From contig DAOTYQ010000180.1 of the NCBI GenBank assembly GCA_034434735.1, forward strand, positions 1 to 63,454: a DNA stretch of 63,454 bases, written 5' to 3'. Positions 57,800 to 63,454 of the stretch are shown here, one piece after another. The notes beneath the pieces were generated by a model, which was not told the origin of the DNA, ran no database searches, and saw only the letters and a list, made by a program, of their open reading frames with translations. The stretch is from Chloroflexota bacterium (lineage in GTDB: Bacteria; Chloroflexota; Limnocylindria; Limnocylindrales; CSP1-4). A program made the translations under genes and the position numbers. How positions within the stretch are numbered: the first letter of the stretch is position 1; each line of letters starts with the position of its first letter.

Positions 57800-58669
57800 A
57801 TGGACGTCATCGAGGGGACCGATGGGCTCCGGCCCGACCTGGGGCGCCTCCTTTTCGTCGTGGGCGTCTTCGACGGCCTCCATCGAGGTCATCGCTACCT
57901 CCTCGGACGCCTCCGGCGGGTGGCTGCCCGGATCGGCGCCCGTCCGGCCGTGATCACCTTCGACCACCACCCCGACGAGGTCCTGCGGGGCGTGGCGCCG
58001 CCGCTCCTCTGCGATCCCGAGGAGCGTCTCGTCCGGCTCGCCCGCCTCGGGGTGGCGGTGACCGTCGTCGAGCACTTCGACGCCACGCTGCGGCAGACCG
58101 CCTACGACGCTTACGTCGAGCGGATCCGGTCACGGGTCGAGCTGGCTGGCTTTCTCATGACTCCCGATGCGGCCTTCGGGTTCGAGCGGCGAGGGACGCC
58201 TGCGGCGCTCCGCGCCCTCGCCGTCGGGGCCGGCTGGGACGTCGTCGTCGTGCCACCGCTGGTCGTCGCCGGCGAGCAGGTCCGGAGTGCCGAGATCCGG
58301 CGGCGGATCGAGAGCGGGGACCTCGAGGGGGCGCGGCGCCTCCTCGGCCGGCGCTATGCCGTCGCCGGACGGCTCGTCTCCGAGGCGGGGCGCCGAGCCG
58401 TCGTCGCCCCGCAGCTCCCCGTTGCGCTGCCACCGGAGGACCGGTACCGGGTCGTCGTCGAGCCCGCCTGGCGGCGCGGCGCGGCCGGGGCGGGAGCCGG
58501 CCCGACGGCGGCGGGGGACCCACCGCCGGCAGGGCCCGGGGGTGGGCCGCGCCGGATGGCCGTCGCCGAGCGCGACGGCGGGCAGCTCACCGTCGAGGCA
58601 GCGGCGAGTCTAGGGTCGCTCGCCGCCCTCGAGCGGGTCCGGATCGTCTTCGGGCCGCGCCTCTCGTGA
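57800..58669 (+). CDS. ribF: FAD synthetase (RibF-like) with a divergent C-terminal riboflavin-kinase-like region
   Basis: N-terminal FMN adenylyltransferase motifs [15 protein letters not shown]...ITFDHHP...S(A)EIRRRI. The C-terminal half ([13 protein letters not shown]...) lacks the GFPTAN-type motif I expect in riboflavin kinase domains. Confidence 0.75.
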   Translation: MDVIEGTDGLRPDLGRLLFVVGVFDGLHRGHRYLLGRLRRVAARIGARPAVITFDHHPDEVLRGVAPPLLCDPEERLVRLARLGVAVTVVEHFDATLRQTAYDAYVERIRSRVELAGFLMTPDAAFGFERRGTPAALRALAVGAGWDVVVVPPLVVAGEQVRSAEIRRRIESGDLEGARRLLGRRYAVAGRLVSEAGRRAVVAPQLPVALPPEDRYRVVVEPAWRRGAAGAGAGPTAAGDPPPAGPGGGPRRMAVAERDGGQLTVEAAASLGSLAALERVRIVFGPRLS

Positions 58670-58707
58670 GCCGCAAGGCCCCAGGTCTGGCAGGCTCTGC
58701 GCACACC

Positions 58708-58716
58708 TGCTATCCT
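58708..58716 (+). promoter_or_regulatory. extended -10 candidate TGCTATCCT upstream of rpsO
   Basis: In the ribF-rpsO spacer, about 58 nt upstream of GTG 58774. Confidence 0.45.
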
Positions 58717-58773
58717 GCCGCCGGTACAGAACGAAGGTTCCAGTCATTGCAGCAGTTCGTGTCGGAGGACCGT

Positions 58774-59043
58774 GTGCCGCTCGCGCGGGAACAGAAGCAG
58801 CAGGTCATCAACGAGTTCGCCCGCTCTGCCGGCGACACCGGCTCGGTCGAGGTCCAGATCGCGCTCTTGACGGAGCGGATCCGCGGCTTGACCGAGCACC
58901 TGAAGCGCTTCCCGAAGGATCACCACTCGCGTCGCGGCCTCCTCAAGCTCGTGGGTCAGCGCCGGCGCTTCCTCGCGTACCTCGTGAAGAACGATAGCGC
59001 CCGCTACCGGGCCGTCGTCGCACGGCTCGGTCTGCGGCGCTAG
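58774..59043 (+). CDS. rpsO: 30S ribosomal protein S15
   Basis: GTG 58774 after [23 protein letters not shown](R)GLTEHLK...[18 protein letters not shown](F)LAYL. Confidence 0.95.
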   Translation: MPLAREQKQQVINEFARSAGDTGSVEVQIALLTERIRGLTEHLKRFPKDHHSRRGLLKLVGQRRRFLAYLVKNDSARYRAVVARLGLRR

Positions 59044-59054
59044 CGTCGCCCTCG

Positions 59055-59079
59055 AGACCTCGGGTCGAGCCCGAGGTCT
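59055..59079 (+). promoter_or_regulatory. rpsO-pnp intergenic stem-loop (terminator/processing-site candidate)
   Basis: AGACCTCGGG-tcgag-CCCGAGGTCT, a perfect 10-bp stem 12 nt after the rpsO stop, followed by TCTCGT (weak T-tract). Confidence 0.5.
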
Positions 59080-59137
59080 TCTCGTACCGGCCGCGGCCCG
59101 GCCCACGCGCAACCAGGCCGACTCCTCCTCCACGACG

Positions 59138-61741
59138 ATGGAGGACCCACCACCCGTGTCAACGACATTCGAAACGACCATCGGCGGCCGGACGCTCACG
59201 ATCGAGACCGGCAGGATGGCCCTCCTCGCCGACGGGTCGGTCACCGTCCGCTACGGCGACACCGTCGTCCTCGGGACGGCGAACCGGTCCGACCCCCGGC
59301 CCGGACTCGACTTCTTCCCCCTGACCGTCGACTTCGAGGAGCGGATGTACGCCGCCGGGAAGATCCCGGGCGGCTTCATCAAGCGCGAATCGCGACCCTC
59401 GGAGGGTGCCATCCTTGCGGCCCGGCTCACCGACCGACCGATCCGACCGCTCTTCCCCGAGGGCTACCGAGACGACGTCCAGGTCGTCATCACGGTCCTC
59501 TCGACCGATCAGGAGAACGATCCCGACATCCTCGGCACGATCGCCGCCTCGGCCGCCCTCTCGATTAGCGAGATCCCCTTCCTCGGCCCGGTCGGGGCAG
59601 TCCGGGTTGGTCGGATCGGCGGCGAGTTCGTCGTCAACCCGACCATCAGTGAGCTCGAGCACTCGGAGATCGACCTCGTCGTCTCCGGGACCCGGGACGC
59701 GATCATGATGGTCGAGGCGGGGGCGAGGATCGTCCCCGAGGACGTCATGGCCGAGGCGATCCTCTTCGGGCACCGCGCCCTCCAGCCCCTCATCGACGTC
59801 CAGGAGGAGCTCGTCCGGGCCGTCGGCAAGCCGAAGCGGATCCCCTACCTGGAGCCGGGGACCGGCTCGATCCTCACCTTCGTCGACGCCGTCGCCGCCG
59901 ACCGGGAGTTCGTCGTCGTCGACGTGGAGACGACGGGGACCGACCCGAGCCTCCACGACATCGTCGAGATCGGCGCCGTCCGGGTCCGGCAGGGCGAGAT
60001 CGTCGAGCGCTTTGCGACCCTCGTCGACCCGGGCCGGCCGATCGTCGGTGTCCAGCTCCACGGCCTCACCGACGCCGACGTCCGCGGCGCGCCGTCGCCG
60101 CGGGAGGCGGCCGAGCGGTTCCTCGCCTTCGCCGGGGACGCCCTCATCGTCGGCCACAACGTCGGCTTCGACATCGCCTTCCTCGAGACCGCCCTGGGCG
60201 ACGGTCGCCGGTTCGAGTACGGTCGCTACCTCGACACCCTCGTCATCGCCCGGGAGGCGTTCCCCGGGGCGCCAGAGACGTACAAGCTCGGCGATCTCGC
60301 TGCCTTCTTCGGGCTGGCGGCCGGGGGCCACCGCGCCCTCCCCGACGCCGAGGTGACGGCCCAGATCCTCCTCCGCCTGGCGGCGGATCTGCCGCCCCGG
60401 ATCGCCCGGCTCCGCGACGGGATCGCCGCGGCGATCCGCGCCCACCGGACGGGCGGCGACCCGGCGACCCTCCTCGAGGCGGCTCGCCGCGAGGCGCGGG
60501 TCGGCAAGAACCTCTTCGCCGCCGTCCAGAAGCAGGTCGTCCGCGAGCTCACCCTCAACGAGGGGATCCGGATGGACGGGCGGGCCCCCGACGAGATCCG
60601 GCCGATCTCCATCGAGGTCGGTCTCCTTCCACGGGCTCACGGTTCTGCCCTCTTCACCCGCGGCCAGACCCAGGCCCTCACCATCGCCACCCTCGGTCCG
60701 TCCTCGGACGTCCAGCGGATCGACACGATCAGCCCCGAGACCGAGAAGCGGTACCTCCACCACTACAACTTCCCGCCGTACAGCACCGGCGAGAACAAGC
60801 CGCTCCGCGGCCCGAGCCGGCGCGACATCGGCCACGGCAACCTGGCCGAGCGGGCCCTCCTGCCGGTCCTGCCGTCCCAGGACGAGTTCCCGTACGTCAT
60901 CCGGCTCGTCTCGGAGATCGTGACCTCCAACGGCTCGACCTCCATGGCCTCGACCTGCGGCTCGAGCCTCGCCCTCATGGATGCCGGCGTCCCGATCAAG
61001 GCGCCCGTCGCCGGAGCGGCGATGGGGCTCATGACCGATCCAGCCAGCGGTCGCTTCGTCGTCCTGACCGACATCCTCGGCAAGGAGGACGCCTTCGGCG
61101 ACATGGACTTCAAGGTCGCCGGGACCCGGGAGGGGATCACCGCCGTCCAGATGGACATCAAGGTTCGCGGGATCGGCGAGGCGATCATCCGGGAGGGACT
61201 CGCCCGGGCCCATGCCGCCCGGCAGTTCATCCTCGACAAGATGGTGGCCGTCATGCCGGCGCCGCGGACCGAGATGAGCCGCTTTGCACCGCGGATCATC
61301 ACCATCAAGATCAACCCGGAGAAGATCCGCGACATCATCGGCAAGGGCGGGGCGACGATCCGCAAGATCCAGGACGAGACCGGGACCGAGATCAACGTCC
61401 AAGACGACGGCACCGTCGAGATCGCCGCGGTCAACGCCGAGAACAGCCGGAAGGCGATCCAGTGGATCGAGTCGCTGACCCGCGAGGTCGAGGTCGGTGG
61501 CCTCTACCTCGGCAAGGTGACCCGGATCATGAGCTTCGGTGCCTTCGTCGAGATCCTGCCCGGCAAGGAGGGGCTCGTCCGGATCAGCGAGCTCGCCGAC
61601 TACCACGTCCCCTCGGTGGAGGACGTCGTCTCGGTCGGCGACGAGATCATGGTCGTCGTCACCGAGATCGACCGCCAGGGCCGGATCAACCTGTCCCGCA
61701 AGGCGGCGATGCAGCGGCACCTCGCCCGCTCGGCGCGCTGA
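59138..61741 (+). CDS. pnp: polynucleotide phosphorylase with an inserted DEDDh exonuclease domain (867 aa)
   Basis: Two RNase PH domains (GRMALLADGSV...FPLTVDFEERMYAAGKIPGGF(I)KRE; ...LPRAHGSALFTRGQTQAL...SNGSTSMASTCGSSLALMDAGVP...FKVAGT), KH (GKGGATIRKI) and S1 (GKVTRIMSFGAFVEI). About 180 extra residues lie between PH1 and the helical linker. Start is ATG 59138 or GTG 59156. Confidence 0.93.
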   Translation: MEDPPPVSTTFETTIGGRTLTIETGRMALLADGSVTVRYGDTVVLGTANRSDPRPGLDFFPLTVDFEERMYAAGKIPGGFIKRESRPSEGAILAARLTDRPIRPLFPEGYRDDVQVVITVLSTDQENDPDILGTIAASAALSISEIPFLGPVGAVRVGRIGGEFVVNPTISELEHSEIDLVVSGTRDAIMMVEAGARIVPEDVMAEAILFGHRALQPLIDVQEELVRAVGKPKRIPYLEPGTGSILTFVDAVAADREFVVVDVETTGTDPSLHDIVEIGAVRVRQGEIVERFATLVDPGRPIVGVQLHGLTDADVRGAPSPREAAERFLAFAGDALIVGHNVGFDIAFLETALGDGRRFEYGRYLDTLVIAREAFPGAPETYKLGDLAAFFGLAAGGHRALPDAEVTAQILLRLAADLPPRIARLRDGIAAAIRAHRTGGDPATLLEAARREARVGKNLFAAVQKQVVRELTLNEGIRMDGRAPDEIRPISIEVGLLPRAHGSALFTRGQTQALTIATLGPSSDVQRIDTISPETEKRYLHHYNFPPYSTGENKPLRGPSRRDIGHGNLAERALLPVLPSQDEFPYVIRLVSEIVTSNGSTSMASTCGSSLALMDAGVPIKAPVAGAAMGLMTDPASGRFVVLTDILGKEDAFGDMDFKVAGTREGITAVQMDIKVRGIGEAIIREGLARAHAARQFILDKMVAVMPAPRTEMSRFAPRIITIKINPEKIRDIIGKGGATIRKIQDETGTEINVQDDGTVEIAAVNAENSRKAIQWIESLTREVEVGGLYLGKVTRIMSFGAFVEILPGKEGLVRISELADYHVPSVEDVVSVGDEIMVVVTEIDRQGRINLSRKAAMQRHLARSAR
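59858..60397 (+). other. DnaQ/PolC-type DEDDh 3'-5' exonuclease domain embedded in pnp (residues ~241-420)
   Basis: ExoI FVVVDVETTG (D262 = nt 59921-59923, E264). ExoII LIVGHNVGFDIAFL (D345). ExoIII HRALPDAEVTAQI (H398 = nt 60329-60331, D403). Continuous with the pnp frame on both sides. Confidence 0.8.
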
Positions 61742-61747
61742 GTCGCG

Positions 61748-61783
61748 CCGCGAGATCCGGACGAGCACCGCGAGATCCGGACG
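61748..61783. repeat. 2 x 16-nt direct repeat CCGCGAGATCCGGACG, 20-nt phase
   Basis: Copies at 61748-61763 and 61768-61783, plus a partial third GAGATCGG at about 61784-61791. Located between the pnp stop and the asd promoter candidate. Confidence 0.6.
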
Positions 61784-61814
61784 GAGATCGGGGGACGGTC
61801 CGCGCGGGGGCCGC

Positions 61815-61823
61815 TGGTATACT
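61815..61823 (+). promoter_or_regulatory. extended -10 candidate TGGTATACT upstream of asd
   Basis: In the pnp-asd spacer, about 40 nt upstream of GTG 61864. Confidence 0.45.
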
Positions 61824-61863
61824 CGCGGGCGGTGCCCGGCCGCTGTATGTCGTCCTTGGAGTC

Positions 61864-62952
61864 GTGTCCACGGTGAATCCTGAATCTTTCACGGTCGCCG
61901 TCGTCGGGGCGACCGGTGTCGTCGGCAAGACGATGATCCGTGTCCTCATCGAGCGCGAGTTCCCCCTCCGGGAGCTTCGGCTCCTCGCCTCCGGCCGTTC
62001 GGCGGGGACCGTCGTCGCCGTCGACGGCCGCTCGCTCGAGGTCGGCGAGGCGACCCCCGAGGCGCTGGCCGGCGTCGATCTCGCCCTCTTCTCGGCCGGC
62101 AGCGACGTGTCGCGGGAGTTGGCGCCCCTGGCCGCCGCCGCTGGCACGACGGTCATCGACAACTCGGCCGCCTGGCGGATGGATCCCCGGGTCCCCCTCG
62201 TCGTCTCCCAGGTGAACCCCGACGACCTGGTCTGGCACGAGGGGATCGTCGCCAATCCGAACTGCTCGACGATGCAGCTCGTCCCGGTCCTAGCGGCCCT
62301 CCGTGACAGCGTCGGCCTCGAGCGAGTCGTCGTCGACACGTACCAGTCCGTCTCCGGGACCGGCGCCGAGGCGATCGCCGAGCTCGAGGAACAGGTCCGA
62401 GCCCACGTCGCCGGCGTCCCGAAGACACCCCGCGTCTACCCACATCCGATCGCCTTCAATGCCCTGCCGGAGATCGACGTCTTCCTCGACGACGGCTACA
62501 CGAAGGAGGAGCGCAAGGTCATCGAGGAGAGCCGCAAGATCCTCCACCTCCCGGAGCTCCGAGTCTCGTGCACGGCCGTCCGGGTCCCGGTCCTCGTCGG
62601 CCACTCGGAGGCCGTTCACGTCGAGACGCGGGAGCCGATCACGCCGGAAGAGGCTCGGGAGCGCTTCGCCGAGGTCCCCGGCGTCGTCGTCGTCGACGAG
62701 CCGGCCGCCCACCGCTACCCGATCGCGACCCTCGCCGCCGGCCGGGACGAGATCTTCGTCGGCCGGGTCCGCCGCGACCCGTCGATCCCGGACGGGCGCG
62801 GCCTCGCCTTCTGGGTCGTCGCCGATAACCTCCGGAAGGGCGCCGCGACGAACGCGGTCGAGCTCGCCGAGATCCTCGTCGAGCGCGGCTGGGTCCGCCG
62901 GGCGAGCGCTCGGGCCGCCGACACGGGGACGCTGACCGGGAGCCCGGCGTGA
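61864..62952 (+). CDS. asd: aspartate-semialdehyde dehydrogenase
   Basis: VAVVGATGVVG...NPNCSTMQL (active-site Cys)...SGTG...RVPVLVGHSE...DNLRKGAATNAV. Start is GTG 61864 or 61873. Confidence 0.92.
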   Translation: MSTVNPESFTVAVVGATGVVGKTMIRVLIEREFPLRELRLLASGRSAGTVVAVDGRSLEVGEATPEALAGVDLALFSAGSDVSRELAPLAAAAGTTVIDNSAAWRMDPRVPLVVSQVNPDDLVWHEGIVANPNCSTMQLVPVLAALRDSVGLERVVVDTYQSVSGTGAEAIAELEEQVRAHVAGVPKTPRVYPHPIAFNALPEIDVFLDDGYTKEERKVIEESRKILHLPELRVSCTAVRVPVLVGHSEAVHVETREPITPEEARERFAEVPGVVVVDEPAAHRYPIATLAAGRDEIFVGRVRRDPSIPDGRGLAFWVVADNLRKGAATNAVELAEILVERGWVRRASARAADTGTLTGSPA

Positions 62953-63454
62953 CCGACGCCGAGCGCCGGGCGGCGCTCGAGGAGGTGGCGGCCGAGATCC
63001 GGGCCTGCCGCCGCTGCCGTCTTCACGAGACGCGGACCCAGGCCGTGCCGGGGGAGGGCCACCCAGACACCGAGGTCCTCTTCGTCGGCGAGGGCCCCGG
63101 TCTCAACGAGGACCGCCAGGGTCGGCCCTTCGTCGGGCCGGCTGGGGCGCTCCTCGACGAGCTGCTGGCGAGCATCGGCTGGCGGCGCGAAGAGGTCTTC
63201 ATCACGAACGTCGTCAAGTGTCGGCCGCCGGGCAACCGGGACCCCGAGCCGGACGAGATCGCCGCCTGCGCCCCCTTCCTCCGTCGCCAGGTCGAGATCC
63301 TGGACCCGGCCCTCGTCGTCACCCTCGGTCGCCACTCGATGGCCCGCTTCATGCCGGGGGTGAAGATCGGGGCCGCCCACGGGACCGTCCGCCCGGCGCC
63401 ACCGGAGTCGGGCGCCGGCGGGGCGCTCGTCTTCGCCATGTATCACCCGGCCGC
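62949..63454 (+). CDS. uracil-DNA glycosylase, family 4 (3' end cut by window edge)
   Basis: Own translation from GTG 62949 (GTGA overlap with asd): ...CRRCRLHETRTQAVPGEG...LFVGEGPGLNEDRQGRPFVGPAGALL...ITNVVKCRPPGNR...AMYHPA. Confidence 0.85.
   Translation, partial: MTDAERRAALEEVAAEIRACRRCRLHETRTQAVPGEGHPDTEVLFVGEGPGLNEDRQGRPFVGPAGALLDELLASIGWRREEVFITNVVKCRPPGNRDPEPDEIAACAPFLRRQVEILDPALVVTLGRHSMARFMPGVKIGAAHGTVRPAPPESGAGGALVFAMYHPA

Noticed and set aside
1-63454. Genome-wide reassignment of TAG to a sense codon (or pyrrolysine) as the explanation for the internal TAGs in infB and the CaCA gene.
   Set aside because: At least 12 genes in this window terminate at TAG exactly where homologues end (rpsF, ssb, TauE, rlmN, DAK2, acpP, rpsP, frr, uppS, nusA, infB itself, rpsO). 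No methylamine-methyltransferase or pyl context is present. Only local readthrough, suppression or sequence error remain plausible.
1-63454. CRISPR arrays, prophage or transposon remnants, toxin-antitoxin or defence cassettes.
   Set aside because: No spaced repeats, integrase, transposase or phage-like genes, or compositional islands were seen. Every gap longer than 150 nt was read and contains only promoter- or leader-like sequence.

Overview
This is a very GC-rich bacterial chromosome segment (about 70% by eye, not computed). It is tightly packed with about 65 protein genes, all but three on the + strand. All coordinates and translations were hand-counted; no searches or folding programs were run.

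The content is almost entirely core housekeeping:
- Ribosomal proteins: S6, S18, L28, L32, S16, L19, S2, S15.
- Translation and ribosome-biogenesis factors: IleRS, Def, Fmt, RlmN, Dtd, RsmD, RimM, TrmD, EF-Ts, RRF, NusA, IF2, RbfA, TruB.
- Replication and repair: SSB, PriA, RecG, SMC, RNase HII, UDG.
- SRP: FtsY, Ffh.
- Lipid and isoprenoid genes: PlsX, AcpP, UppS, CdsA, Dxr, IspG.
- PNPase.

Gene order is collinear with the Bacillus subtilis priA-to-pnpA region. I found no rRNA, tRNA, CRISPR array, transposase, integrase or defence island, so this is not an accessory region.

The unusual signals are inside individual genes:
1. The pnp gene carries an apparently intact DnaQ/PolC-type DEDDh exonuclease domain inserted in its all-alpha linker. 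I am not aware of this architecture being described.
2. Two conserved genes, the essential infB and a CaCA cation exchanger, are each interrupted by one in-frame TAG with no frameshift.
3. Four conserved genes (fmt, rimM, ylxR and a coiled-coil gene after coaD) have no ATG, GTG or TTG upstream of their conserved N-termini. Two of them have CTG embedded in a CTGA stop/start overlap, matching the many ATGA and GTGA overlaps in the window.
4. A terminator-like hairpin with a T-tract sits in the nusA leader, and rimP is absent.
5. An extended -10 promoter motif (TGnTAYACT) recurs, including an identical 15-mer at two loci.
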